The notes beneath the pieces are model-generated. The model was not told the origin of the DNA. It searched no databases and saw nothing but the letters and a program-made list of their open reading frames with translations. Positions 39,423 to 49,558 of a stretch of DNA of 64,000 bases are shown one piece after another. Source of the stretch: Nitrospiraceae bacterium (lineage in GTDB: Bacteria; Nitrospirota; Nitrospiria; Nitrospirales; Nitrospiraceae); contig JBFWWG010000007.1 in the NCBI GenBank assembly GCA_050246315.1, positions 1 through 64,000 on the forward strand, written 5' to 3'. A program made the position numbers and the translations under genes. How positions within the stretch are numbered: the first letter of the stretch is position 1; every line of letters starts with the position of its first letter.

Positions 39423-40799
39423 ATGCGGCCACCAATCTTGCTCATTATTGAAGACGAAGAGCGCATGCGCCGGCTCTTCGAACTGGTCCTATCGCCGGAA
39501 GGCTATGATCTGCGTCTCGCTCGAAGCGGGGAACTGGGTCTGCAACTCCTCGCCGACACTCCCCTGCCGGACCTCATCATTACCGACCTCCAATTGGGTT
39601 CCGGCATGACCGGCATGCAGGTGCTGGAGTCGGCCAAAGCTTCCCATCCCGATATTCCGGTACTGATCGTGACCGGGTACGGAACGGTCAAATCGGCGGT
39701 GGAGGCCATGCACAAGGGCGCCTACGACTATATCTCCAAGCCCATCGACAACGAGGAACTGAAGATCGTGGTGGCCCGCGCCATCGAACTCCGGCGCCTG
39801 TCTCAGACCCAGCAGGTGATGTACCGGGACTTGGAAAACGAATACGGCTTCGACCGCATGATCAGCCTCTCACCCCGCATGGCGCAACTGAAAGCCCTGG
39901 CCCTCGACATTGCCAAGGCGGACGCCACGGTGCTTGTCACCGGAGAAAGCGGAACGGGCAAGGAGCTGCTCGCGCGCGCCATCCACCTTGCCGGCAGCCG
40001 ATCCGGAGGCCCGTTGGTCGCCGTAAACTGTGCCGGCATCCCCGAACATCTCTTAGAGTCCGAACTCTTCGGGTACGAGAAGGGAGCCTTTACCGACGCC
40101 AAGCGATCCAAGCCCGGTCGTTTTCAACTCGCCGATCGAGGCACGTTATTTCTAGATGAGATCGGGGAAATGAGCCTCACGGCGCAGGCCGCCATGTTGC
40201 GGGTGCTGGAAACCCGACTGGTGGAACCGCTCGGCTCGGTGCGCGCCGTCAACGTGGACATTCGGATCATCGCCGCTACCAACCAGTCGTTGCCGGACCT
40301 GGTCAAACAGGGACGGTTCCGCGAGGATCTCTATTACCGACTGAACGTCTGCCACCTGCACATCCCTCCGCTCCGCGAACGGCCGGAAGACCTACGTCCC
40401 CTGCTCGACGCCTTTCTCGAACGATCCCGTCGGGAGAGCGGGACCCGGCTGCGCCGAATATCCCCCGAAGCCTTGGCGCGCTTGGAACAGTACGAATGGC
40501 CGGGTAACGTCCGAGAGCTGCGGAACCTGGTCGAATGGCTCACTCTTACCTGCAAACGGGACGAGGCTAGATCGGAAGATTTGCCGCCAGCCTGGACGGG
40601 CCGCACGACGGCTCCGGTACAGGCCGATCCGCCTCCCGCCTCGTTATTGTCGTTCGGCCTGTCGGCCGATGAGATGGAAAAACGTTTGCTCCAGGAGGCC
40701 TTGGACAGGAGTCGCGGCAACATTTCCGAGGCCGCCCGCATGCTCAAAATGACACGGAACACACTTCGCTATCGGATGGCCAAGTATCAGCTCTCCTAA
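39423..40799 (+). CDS. Sigma54-dependent response regulator (REC-AAA+-Fis HTH)
   Basis: REC domain; GESGTGKE, ESELFG.EKGAFTDA, FREDLYYRL, WPGNVREL, C-terminal HTH. Confidence 0.95.
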   Translation: MRPPILLIIEDEERMRRLFELVLSPEGYDLRLARSGELGLQLLADTPLPDLIITDLQLGSGMTGMQVLESAKASHPDIPVLIVTGYGTVKSAVEAMHKGAYDYISKPIDNEELKIVVARAIELRRLSQTQQVMYRDLENEYGFDRMISLSPRMAQLKALALDIAKADATVLVTGESGTGKELLARAIHLAGSRSGGPLVAVNCAGIPEHLLESELFGYEKGAFTDAKRSKPGRFQLADRGTLFLDEIGEMSLTAQAAMLRVLETRLVEPLGSVRAVNVDIRIIAATNQSLPDLVKQGRFREDLYYRLNVCHLHIPPLRERPEDLRPLLDAFLERSRRESGTRLRRISPEALARLEQYEWPGNVRELRNLVEWLTLTCKRDEARSEDLPPAWTGRTTAPVQADPPPASLLSFGLSADEMEKRLLQEALDRSRGNISEAARMLKMTRNTLRYRMAKYQLS

Positions 40800-40902
40800 C
40801 CCGCATTATTCACGATGACTGCTCCTGCAACCGCCGTGCGATCCGTTGCCGCCCAAGACCAACGGGCGAAACGGCACGAACTCTCGTGAAGAATGCGGGT
40901 TA
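40797..40902. repeat. Family-1 element, short copy, overlapping the regulator stop codon
   Basis: TAACCCGCATTATTCACGA...TCGTGAAGAATGCGGGTTA; internal CCGTTG/CAACGG stem. Confidence 0.85.
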
Positions 40903-40915
40903 ACCGGGCAACGGC

Positions 40916-42904
40916 ATGATCGCTCCAACTCGACGCGGCGGTCTCCAACGCAAGTTTTTCTTCACCCTCCTGTTGGTCGGCATTCTTCCCGGGATTGCAG
41001 CCCTCGTCGCCACCTACCTGTACAGCACACACAGCCTGAAACACTCGATCGGCAGCGGGTTTCAGGAAATCGCCCACTCGGCCGCCCTCCGGCTCGCCGC
41101 CACGGTGGATACCGAGATCGATCGCGCCGAACGCCTGGCGCTCGTGCCGGTCTATATCAGACGCCATGTCGAATCCGCCAATGAACGGTACGAAGGGAAA
41201 ACTCGCGAGGACATCCGAGCCCTGCTCGACCGGATGCTCGCGACAGAAGGCCCGCAGCGCGGTATCGGTTCACCCGCCGCCCATCAGGGAACGATGGAAT
41301 ACCTGCAACAGTGGATCGCCAAGACCCGGTATTACATCGGCGTGACCGTCACCGATCGAGAAGGAGCCACGGTTGCCTCCAGCGATCCCGAGGCTCCTCT
41401 CCTCAATCGAAACCGACTCTGGTGGCAGGAAATCATGAGCGGAGGGGGCGCTGCCTACGTCAGCTCGCTGAGGTGGGATGGGGCCTATCAGGATTACGTC
41501 TTCGACGTGGCCGCCCCGATTCTCTCTCGCCAAGGACCGAATCCTATCGGGGTCGTGCACAGCCTCGTCCGCCGTGGGGTCTTGCTGCATACCGTGCTGA
41601 CGATTCACGTCGGCGAGACAGGCCACGGTATGCTCGTCGACACGGACGGGACCCCCTTGATCTGCCCGGTGCTGCCTCCCACCAGCCACCTGATTCACCA
41701 AGTCCTGTTGAATCAGTTCATGATCGACCAACCCACCTGGTTTGTGGCGGAGGATGACGCGCACGGCGGGCACCAAACCTTGGTGGGTTCCGCTCCCGTC
41801 CGCATCATCCATCCCCTGACGTCCAAAAGCCTGGGCGGCACCAGATGGTTTGCCTTCGTGCGCCAACAACCGGATGAGACCTATGCGCCCATCTACAACT
41901 TGTTGATCACCGTCGGCCTCATCGGCTTCGGATTGCTCGTGGCCCTGGCCTCCTCGGGATTCTTCGTTGGGCGACGGATCGTAGCACCAATCTCCTCGCT
42001 CCGGCAGGAGGCCGAGGAGCTGCGCCAGCAGTTTGCCGTACGGCAAGAGGGAGGTGGGAAGGCAACAGCGCGACCGGTCCAGCAGCATCCCGCTACCAAC
42101 CTCGATGAAATCGCCGACCTGACGCAGTCTTTTCACACCATGCGGATGGCTCTGGAGGAGAGCCTGTCCACGGTCCGCGATCAGCAGGAACAACTCGTCC
42201 GGCGTGAACGGCTGGCCTCCGTCGGACAGTTGCTGGCCGCCCTCGCACACGATCTGCGAAATCCGCTCGGCGTCATCAGGAGTTCAGCACAAATTATCCT
42301 GGACCGAAATCGGCCCGATTCGGTGAAGGAGGAGGTGGCGCGGTACGTGATCGACGAGGTTGACCGGTTGACCCACCGCATCAATGACTTTCTCCGGTAC
42401 GCGCGGCAGAAGCCGCCCGAACCGCAGCCCGTGGCCGCGGAGGAGCTCCTCCGAGAGGCCCTGCGTCACTGGAAGGCCCAGGCTGGACAGGAGCGCATCG
42501 TTGTGGACCGCCGGCTGGCGCCCGATCTCCCACTGATCTCAGTCGATCCGCATCAAGTCAAGGAAGCATTGGTCAACCTGTTCATGAACGCGAGCGAGGC
42601 GATGCCAGAGGGGGGAACCCTGACGGTCGGCACCAAACGTGCGGCCAGCGGCTCAGTGGAATTGACCGTGGCGGATACGGGCATCGGCATCTCCGAGGCC
42701 AACCTGCGGCGCATCTTCGAGCCGTTTTTTACGACCAAGGAATTCGGAACGGGATTGGGACTGACGAATGTGAAACGGTTGGTGGAAGACAACGGCGGGA
42801 CGCTGCAAGTCGCGAGCAAGGAGGCAGCCGGGACCGAATTCGTTCTCTATTTCCCAGAGTACAACGTGGCCGCGCCTCCTTCCGCAAGCCCGCATGATTC
42901 ATGA
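40916..42904 (+). CDS. Sensor histidine kinase (TM-Cache-TM-HAMP-HisKA-HATPase)
   Basis: LAHDLRNPL, NLFMNASEA, DTGIG, FEPFFTTK, GTGLGL. Confidence 0.95.
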   Translation: MIAPTRRGGLQRKFFFTLLLVGILPGIAALVATYLYSTHSLKHSIGSGFQEIAHSAALRLAATVDTEIDRAERLALVPVYIRRHVESANERYEGKTREDIRALLDRMLATEGPQRGIGSPAAHQGTMEYLQQWIAKTRYYIGVTVTDREGATVASSDPEAPLLNRNRLWWQEIMSGGGAAYVSSLRWDGAYQDYVFDVAAPILSRQGPNPIGVVHSLVRRGVLLHTVLTIHVGETGHGMLVDTDGTPLICPVLPPTSHLIHQVLLNQFMIDQPTWFVAEDDAHGGHQTLVGSAPVRIIHPLTSKSLGGTRWFAFVRQQPDETYAPIYNLLITVGLIGFGLLVALASSGFFVGRRIVAPISSLRQEAEELRQQFAVRQEGGGKATARPVQQHPATNLDEIADLTQSFHTMRMALEESLSTVRDQQEQLVRRERLASVGQLLAALAHDLRNPLGVIRSSAQIILDRNRPDSVKEEVARYVIDEVDRLTHRINDFLRYARQKPPEPQPVAAEELLREALRHWKAQAGQERIVVDRRLAPDLPLISVDPHQVKEALVNLFMNASEAMPEGGTLTVGTKRAASGSVELTVADTGIGISEANLRRIFEPFFTTKEFGTGLGLTNVKRLVEDNGGTLQVASKEAAGTEFVLYFPEYNVAAPPSASPHDS

Positions 42905-42957
42905 TTGATGACGGTCAGAAGGAGTGCGCGAACGACCGGAATCCCATGGTTGCCGAC

Positions 42958-45717
42958 TCAGGGTTTGTGCGGTTGTGATGTGTCTCGTTCCAGCCGTCGC
43001 GTCGCAGGCCTGACCAACACCTCCCGCACTTTTTGGAGTAGGGTATCGGGGGGAAAGGGTTTGTAGAGAAACCAGGCCTGGCCTGTGGGAAGTCCCTGAA
43101 GCAAGAGCGAATCGGGCGCGTATCCTGAAATGAACAACACGCTGACCGTCGGAAAACGCAGGATGACTCTGTCGGCCAACGTGCGTCCTGTCATACCCGG
43201 CATCACCACATCGGTGATCAAGAGGTCGATCGGCAGCTTGTTTTCGGCACAGACTCGCAGCGCCTGTTCCCCATCGGCCGCCTCCAGCACGCGATACCCC
43301 TTGTTCTTGAGGAGATCGCGCACGAAGGTCCGCACGATGGTTTCATCCTCCACCAGCAGAATCGTCTCCGACCCCTCCGGCGTGCTGGTCGTGAGGACCG
43401 TTCGTTCGACGGGCTCCGCCGCCTTCTCGCTTCGCGGCAGGTAGACCATGAAGGTGGAACCTTTCTTCGGCACGCTGGTCATTTCCATGAATCCGCCGCT
43501 CTGGGTGACCACCCCATACACCATGGACAGACCGAGACCGGTGCCTTTGCCGACCTCCTTGGTGGTGAAAAAGGGCTCGAACACCCGCTTCTGCGTCGTC
43601 TCATCCATGCCGGTGCCGGTGTCGGTAACGGCCAGCCGGACATAGGGCATCGACTGGATCGTGCCGAACACCTGTCCGTGCCGAGGTCTGACAACTTCCG
43701 CCGCATCCATATTGACGGTTTCGATGATCAGCCGACCGCCTCGCGGCATGGCATCCCGCGCATTCACCGCCAAATTCATGATGACTTGTTCGAACTGCGC
43801 GGCATCGGCGTCCACCGACCACAGATCCGGAGACAACACCGTGTTCAATTGAATGTTTTCTCCGATCACACGAGTGAGCATCCTCGTCAGGGTCTCGACC
43901 ACGACATTCACATTGATCGTCGTCGGCCGTAAGATTTGCTTTCGGCTGAAGGCCAGGAGTTGGTGGGTCAACGCGGCGGCATGACTTCCGGCTTTCTTCA
44001 TCTCGCGGGCCGCATGCACGACCGTATCGACCGGCAACGAACTGTCACCGAGCATATCGCTGTATCCATTGATAACGGTCAACAAGTTATTGAAGTCATG
44101 GGCGATGCCGCCGGCCAACTGCCCGACGGCTTGCATCCGTTGTGAATGGATCAACTGCTCCTCTAATCGTTTTCGCTCTGTCACATCGGTCAGGGACCCC
44201 GATATCCTGATCGGACGCCCGGCCTCGTCCCAGATCGCCTGCCCCCTCGCCCTGAACCAGCGATATTCCCCCTGCTTGGTTCGCAGGCGATATTCCACGT
44301 CGTAGGGAACCTTCCGCTCGACATGTGCCGCGAGCGCTCCGAATATCCGTTGCTCATCGTCTGGATGCAGATGGGTCGCCCACGACTCCAGCACGTCCGG
44401 AAACTCATCGTCGCGGTATCCGAGCATCTCCTTGAACCGCGGTGACCGCCAGACCGGAGTCTGCGGACTATGCCAGGGTTCATCGGGCAGCGTCCGGCTA
44501 TCCCACAGGCCGTCGCTTGAACCGCGGACGGCCAGGTCGAGCCGCTCCATCGCCTCCCGTAGCGCCTTCTCCGCCCGATTGCGCTCGCTGGCTTCCATCG
44601 CCAGTGTCACCATGGAGGCGAACGACCCTGCGAGGCTCTGCTCCTCGATCGTCCAAGCCCTCGAGCCGCCGAGGTGCTCGTGACAAAGCACGCCGACGAC
44701 CTGACCCTTTACCCGGATCGGAGCGTCCAACATGGCCCCAATCCCCATGGGAATGAGATAGGTTTGGGTCAATTCGCACGTTCCAGGATCTGTCCTGGCG
44801 TCATTGGCCGAAATCGCCCGTTCCTCCCTCTCCAGCCCGAGGAAGTAGGAAGGATAGTCGCGCGTCCAGAGCACCTGGCCGGTCGAGTGTTGCCCCGTGG
44901 CAGATTCATAGAGGTCCTGCAATTCGATCGCGCTGCGATCCGCCCTATAGAGCCAGATGCTTGCGCGCCCCACCAGTAACGTCCGCGTCGACACTTCGGT
45001 GATAACTTGAAAAGCCCTGGGCAATTCCCCTCCGTGAACGGCTGGATGCTTCGCCAGCTCGATGAGGGCATTCTGATGGACGGCCATCTGCTGTATCTTG
45101 CGCTCCTCCTCCGCCTCCGCCCGCTGCCGCTCCAATTCGGCGCCGGCACGCGCCGCAATAATGGTCAGGACCCGCCTGGCGTCCAATGGCATGCTCATGG
45201 GCCGGTCGTGCATCACGGCGAGCAATCCCAGGACCACCCCTCCGCGGTCAAACAACGGGGCGCCGCAATAGCTATCCACTCCCCTCTCCACGAGAAAGCG
45301 AACCTGGGGGAACAAGTCTTGAACGCCGCGCTCGTAGTAGCAAATCTCTTGGTTCATGACGTTCGCGCAAGGTGTTCCGGCCGGATCATATTCGAAGTTG
45401 TCGACCAAGGCGTCATTCGCCCAGAAGGCCCGCGTCCGCACCCGATCCACGCAGCCCGGGATCGCTTCCCCGACCAAGGCATACCGGACCTTCAAGACGG
45501 AGGCGAGTTCCATAACAAGCGAACGGAAGAAATCATCTCCCGTCACAGGGGCCGTGGCTGTAAACATGCTGCTCAATGCAGCGGCCTGCTCATGGATCTG
45601 TTGGGTCGTTGATTCGCTCACGCCGACCAGGCTTTCCTGAATGGTGTGGTCCAGTTGCACTTCATCGAGATGACGTTTGAGCTGAGCGGCTTGACGGGAT
45701 TCTGCATCATCGGACAT
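42958..45717 (-). CDS. Cytoplasmic hybrid histidine kinase (GAF-GAF-PAS-HisKA-HATPase-REC)
   Basis: GTPCANV GAF, MLDAPI GAF, PAS LHPDD..YRWF, AHDFNNLL, NARDAM, REC LLITDVVMP; ATG at 45717. Confidence 0.95.
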   Translation of the reverse strand: MSDDAESRQAAQLKRHLDEVQLDHTIQESLVGVSESTTQQIHEQAAALSSMFTATAPVTGDDFFRSLVMELASVLKVRYALVGEAIPGCVDRVRTRAFWANDALVDNFEYDPAGTPCANVMNQEICYYERGVQDLFPQVRFLVERGVDSYCGAPLFDRGGVVLGLLAVMHDRPMSMPLDARRVLTIIAARAGAELERQRAEAEEERKIQQMAVHQNALIELAKHPAVHGGELPRAFQVITEVSTRTLLVGRASIWLYRADRSAIELQDLYESATGQHSTGQVLWTRDYPSYFLGLEREERAISANDARTDPGTCELTQTYLIPMGIGAMLDAPIRVKGQVVGVLCHEHLGGSRAWTIEEQSLAGSFASMVTLAMEASERNRAEKALREAMERLDLAVRGSSDGLWDSRTLPDEPWHSPQTPVWRSPRFKEMLGYRDDEFPDVLESWATHLHPDDEQRIFGALAAHVERKVPYDVEYRLRTKQGEYRWFRARGQAIWDEAGRPIRISGSLTDVTERKRLEEQLIHSQRMQAVGQLAGGIAHDFNNLLTVINGYSDMLGDSSLPVDTVVHAAREMKKAGSHAAALTHQLLAFSRKQILRPTTINVNVVVETLTRMLTRVIGENIQLNTVLSPDLWSVDADAAQFEQVIMNLAVNARDAMPRGGRLIIETVNMDAAEVVRPRHGQVFGTIQSMPYVRLAVTDTGTGMDETTQKRVFEPFFTTKEVGKGTGLGLSMVYGVVTQSGGFMEMTSVPKKGSTFMVYLPRSEKAAEPVERTVLTTSTPEGSETILLVEDETIVRTFVRDLLKNKGYRVLEAADGEQALRVCAENKLPIDLLITDVVMPGMTGRTLADRVILRFPTVSVLFISGYAPDSLLLQGLPTGQAWFLYKPFPPDTLLQKVREVLVRPATRRLERDTSQPHKP

Positions 45718-45794
45718 GACGCCCCCTGGATCGATCTCGCCGCACACTCTCCGATCTGCTCCTTATTGAATGAACTCCCAATGAGCAACTCCCA

Positions 45795-45960
45795 GTGATG
45801 TCACGCCATTCGTGTCACTGTACGAAGAACGTGCTGCCTTCACTCCAGGTTCAGCCGGGTGAAGATCGAATCGAGGCGCCGCTCCACCTTCTGGACGTTG
45901 ACAACGCACACCATCGATCGAGTCCGCCGGCGCACCTCGACGAAGCAGCGGTCCTGGATG
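45795..45960 (-). pseudogene. IS256-family transposase C-terminal remnant with degenerate right end
   Basis: Minus strand reads DRCFVEVRRRTRSMVCVVNVQKVERRLDSIFTRLNLE*RQHVLRTVTRMA*, resembling the IS256 C-terminal ER..E.RRRTR motif; internal stop. Confidence 0.65.
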
Positions 45961-46221
45961 GTGGAAACCATGGCGAGGAGGTCACACCATGGCGCTGAGG
46001 TCACATTCTGCAATCACGCTGCTCCCGTTTGGGCATAGGCCTACCAACTGGCTCGATCGCGAATCTTACGCGAATCGACAATGAATGCAACGAGAAATCG
46101 GCGACGACATTCTCCCGGCAAACGTGGCAAGGAGAGAGGAGACGACGGGCCCCGGGAAAACACCCGCCAACGGAGGCGGTCCTATGTGTGATTGCAAGAC
46201 CTGCCAGAATCACTTTGACCG

Positions 46222-46398
46222 ACCAAGGAATTCGGGAGGGGCTTGGGCCTGACGAACGTGAATCGGTTGCTTGAAAACAAGGGCGGGCCCCTGCAGGACG
46301 CGAGCAAGGAAGGAGTCGGGACCGAATTCGTTCTCGATTGTCCCGCCTACAACGGGACGTCCGCTACCGTCGGGAACCCCTCCCCCGACAGTGGATGA
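46222..46398 (+). pseudogene. Orphan duplicate of the 3' end of the 40916-42904 kinase gene
   Basis: TKEFGRGLGLTNVNRLLENKGGPLQDASKEGVGTEFVLDCPAYN vs TKEFGTGLGLTNVKRLVEDNGGTLQVASKEAAGTEFVLYFPEYN; the DNA is also clearly similar. Confidence 0.9.
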
Positions 46399-46455
46399 CC
46401 CTGTACGATACGGTTGTCCGGAGGCTCCGATGGCCGTCCGATCCGGAACATTCAT

Positions 46456-48054
46456 TCACGGCGCGTCGGCGGCGCATCGGAATCCCAAGGTGGGTCCCCA
46501 ATAGGTCATCTCGTCCCATCCGCGATAGCTCGTCTGGAGTTCGAGTGGACCCTGCCCCCAATCACCGCCTCGAAGGACCCGGAACGAACCTCTCGGCGGT
46601 CCCTGAGGGTCGCGCGGTGGAGCCACCGCATAAAAGTCCTCGGCATACCAGTCCTTGACCCACTCCCACACGTTCCCGGTCAGGTCCAGCGCACCATAGG
46701 GGGATGCTCCCTCCTGGAAACTCCCAACCGGTTGCGGCTCACCATGGTTCGTCTGGTTCTCGCCGTTCTTTCCCCGGCTGAGAATCGGATCCCTGTCGTT
46801 CCCCCAGGCATAGCGTCTCCCATCGACTCCCCGCGCGGCCTTTTCCCATTCCGCTTCGGTGGGCAATCGCTGGCCGGCCCACTGGCAAAATGTGCGGGCT
46901 TGCATCCAGGTCACGCTGGTCACGGGATACTGGCCCAGGGCTTGATCCTCGAATGGGGCGCGGACCTTGGGCGGCTGGCAGACTCCCGCCTCCACGCAAC
47001 GGCGATAGCGGGCATTCGTGACTTCATACTTGTCGATTCGATAGGCGCTCAAGTGCACAGCATGCACAGGTCGCGCATCCGGCAAGCCATCGTCCGATCC
47101 CATCAGGAACTCCCCCTCCGGGATCAGCAACAGGTCCTCGTGAGCGACCACGTCGCGCGCCCTCGGCCGCTGGATCTCGGTCTGTTGGACCGGCGCGGAA
47201 GGCTCCCGCTCCCTGGATGCGGAGGGACCGGGATTGGACTCGCGCGCCGGGCGATCGTTCGACGCACGTGGTGGACGAGACGAGGTGCCGGCCTCCTCGG
47301 CCTTGGCTCGCGCCGAGGTCCCCGCGCCAGGAGACGGCGGATCGCTGCGCACGGTTTCAATCCGGACCGTCACACGCGCGAGTTCACGAACGAGGTCGCC
47401 GTTCTTGTCGTCGGCCTTGGTCTCTCGACGGGTTTTGCCGATCGCGCTGAAATCAAACTCGGGGATGTTGGCGAGCAATGGCGTGGCGTAACTCAGCGGC
47501 ACGGCGAACGACATCCCTTCGGGAATGATGCCCGATGGATGGCTGAATTTGGTCGTCAGGATCCCGATGATTTCGCCGCGTCGGTTGAACACCGGCCCTC
47601 CGCTATTTCCTGGATTGATCGCGGCATCGACTTGAAACACCCGCCGCACTCCCTTGGTGCGCATCGCCGCGATCCGGCCACGCGTCACCGAGATATCCTT
47701 CAACCCGAACGGGAAACCGATGGTGATGACCTCCTGGTCCAGTCGGACCGATCCGGCATACCCGAGCGCCGCCTCGGAGAGTCCCACGGTATCGATTTTG
47801 AGCAGGGCGAGATCGTGCTCCTGATCCGAGCTCACGATCAACGCCGGCGCGCGAAACTCGCCGGGCGTGACCACAACGATGCGCCGCGCGCCCGCGACCA
47901 CATGGTACGCCGTCAGGATGTAGCCGTCGGAATGGACGATCGCACCGCTGCCGGACGGTCGTTCGGACGGTAGAGCCGAGGGCTCCGCCGCGCCGAATTG
48001 CGCCTGCAGCAGGACCAACCCTCCGAGAAGGACGAACAATCGGGCAGACGTCAT
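46456..48054 (-). CDS. Exported trypsin-like serine protease fused to an FGE-sulfatase (SUMF1-like) domain
   Basis: ATG at 48054 overlaps the upstream stop; TAYHVV, DLALLK, GNSGGP triad; F.MGS, EVTN, RLPTEAEWEKAARG, GNVWEW, GFRC. Confidence 0.92.
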   Translation of the reverse strand: MTSARLFVLLGGLVLLQAQFGAAEPSALPSERPSGSGAIVHSDGYILTAYHVVAGARRIVVVTPGEFRAPALIVSSDQEHDLALLKIDTVGLSEAALGYAGSVRLDQEVITIGFPFGLKDISVTRGRIAAMRTKGVRRVFQVDAAINPGNSGGPVFNRRGEIIGILTTKFSHPSGIIPEGMSFAVPLSYATPLLANIPEFDFSAIGKTRRETKADDKNGDLVRELARVTVRIETVRSDPPSPGAGTSARAKAEEAGTSSRPPRASNDRPARESNPGPSASREREPSAPVQQTEIQRPRARDVVAHEDLLLIPEGEFLMGSDDGLPDARPVHAVHLSAYRIDKYEVTNARYRRCVEAGVCQPPKVRAPFEDQALGQYPVTSVTWMQARTFCQWAGQRLPTEAEWEKAARGVDGRRYAWGNDRDPILSRGKNGENQTNHGEPQPVGSFQEGASPYGALDLTGNVWEWVKDWYAEDFYAVAPPRDPQGPPRGSFRVLRGGDWGQGPLELQTSYRGWDEMTYWGPTLGFRCAADAP

Positions 48055-48830
48055 TTCTTGATCGGGATCACCACGCTGATCGCCCCGGCGTTGTGGCCGA
48101 GCTGAAGCCCTTCCTTGGGATAGCCCATCTTGTCGATCGCCCCCTTCGGCTCGCCATGGCAATCCAGACAGTGCCGCGTGGCATACAAGGGAAACATGAG
48201 TCGCAGTGCGCCACTCCGCACCGTGATCTCGGTGATGGTCTTTTCCCTCGGATAGCTTGGATCGGAGAAATCCCGCAAGGCGGCCTGTTCAAACGGATCG
48301 GGGGCGTTGAGAGGATTGCGTGGAGCCAGCGAGGTCTGTTTCAGCCGGACTCCGGTCTGTTTCGTGAATTGGGCGGCTGTTCGTGCGCCGAACACGGCCG
48401 GGATGAACCCGGTCCTCCCACCATCTGAGCGGTCGGCCTGACCCTCCGCTTCCGTTACCACCCGTTTACTGACGGAGACCAGTGCCTGGAGAAGGCGAGT
48501 GGCCTTCGCCGACAAGCGAGCCGTGTCCAGATGGTTCAGGTCAACACTCGAACGGCTCCGGAAGACTTCGATGAGCTGCCGCTCGAAGACCTCCGCTGTG
48601 AATTCTTTTGAGTCGTGGCTGGCACCATCGAAGAGAGGCTGGTTCTCGTTGATGACCGAGCGTCCTGAATCGAGGAGCACGGCCAGGAGCCGTGCGGTTT
48701 TCTCTGTCTCGATCAGTGCGTCGAGGGTGGGACCAGCATCACCCTTGCGAGGCGAGGCAGGTTCCGCAAGCACTGTGGCGGCGCCAACCAGCCACACGGC
48801 CATTCCCCACCGCAGGACCATCTGCGTCAT
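48051..48830 (-). CDS. Exported Tll0287/DUF3365-like c-type heme protein
   Basis: GGAGG before the ATG at 48830; signal peptide; PRNPLNAPDPFE, CLDCHG, GAISV. Confidence 0.85.
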   Translation of the reverse strand: MTQMVLRWGMAVWLVGAATVLAEPASPRKGDAGPTLDALIETEKTARLLAVLLDSGRSVINENQPLFDGASHDSKEFTAEVFERQLIEVFRSRSSVDLNHLDTARLSAKATRLLQALVSVSKRVVTEAEGQADRSDGGRTGFIPAVFGARTAAQFTKQTGVRLKQTSLAPRNPLNAPDPFEQAALRDFSDPSYPREKTITEITVRSGALRLMFPLYATRHCLDCHGEPKGAIDKMGYPKEGLQLGHNAGAISVVIPIKK

Positions 48831-48990
48831 CGGCACCTCCTCACCCACCCATCGGTCTGTTGAACCCAACGGTCAATGGGAGAGGCAGATGATCACGGTC
48901 TCGGAATCCCCGGCTGGTACCATGCCTGGAGATTCCAAGACCGGTACGATGGTAATCGGCGCCGGAAAGACAAGTCAAGGCACGCCGACG

Positions 48991-49497
48991 CTATGGGGAT
49001 CGAGACACATCGATGACGACATTGTCGGCATCCAGCTCGACCTCAACCGGCATGCCCTCCGCGAACGTCGAGAATTTGCTCCCGGCCAGACTATCCACTT
49101 CAAAGATCTCGGTGCCGTCCGGGGTCGAAATTGTGATCTCGCTCCAAAACGCGTCGCTGTAGGTGAGCCTCCCCGCGATCACCCGATGGTCCGGCGCCGG
49201 CAAGCCGTCGGCGCGCGCATCGATCAGCACGTTCCCCGAATCGACCCACAGATTGACCCGATCGCCGATCTTCGCATTATGCAATCCAACACGATCGACC
49301 CGCCTAGGACTGATCGCCCGCGCTTGCAGCCCGACGGGAGGTTGTACGAACAGCATGCCGGAATGGATCTTGGAGACCACTCCCGTCATGCCATAGTAGT
49401 GGCTGGCATCCACCATGCCCGGTTCATCCGCCGTCACCGGGACAACCACGCAGAGGAACAGCATGCTTCCCGCCATGAACGCTATGGCCAATCGCAT
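48991..49497 (-). CDS. Exported hypothetical protein with two beta-rich (OB-like) repeats
   Basis: AAGGAGG RBS; signal peptide; GDRVNLWVDSGNVLID / GMPVEVELDADNVVID. Confidence 0.75.
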   Translation of the reverse strand: MRLAIAFMAGSMLFLCVVVPVTADEPGMVDASHYYGMTGVVSKIHSGMLFVQPPVGLQARAISPRRVDRVGLHNAKIGDRVNLWVDSGNVLIDARADGLPAPDHRVIAGRLTYSDAFWSEITISTPDGTEIFEVDSLAGSKFSTFAEGMPVEVELDADNVVIDVSRSP

Positions 49498-49558
49498 GAC
49501 ATTCACCTCCTTACGATGGGCAATGTCCTCAACACCAGCCCCTTTCACTCGACGCCTC

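Noticed and set aside
46456..47150. Diversity-generating retroelement target (FGE-fold C-terminus)
   Set aside because: No reverse transcriptase or template repeat seen in the window
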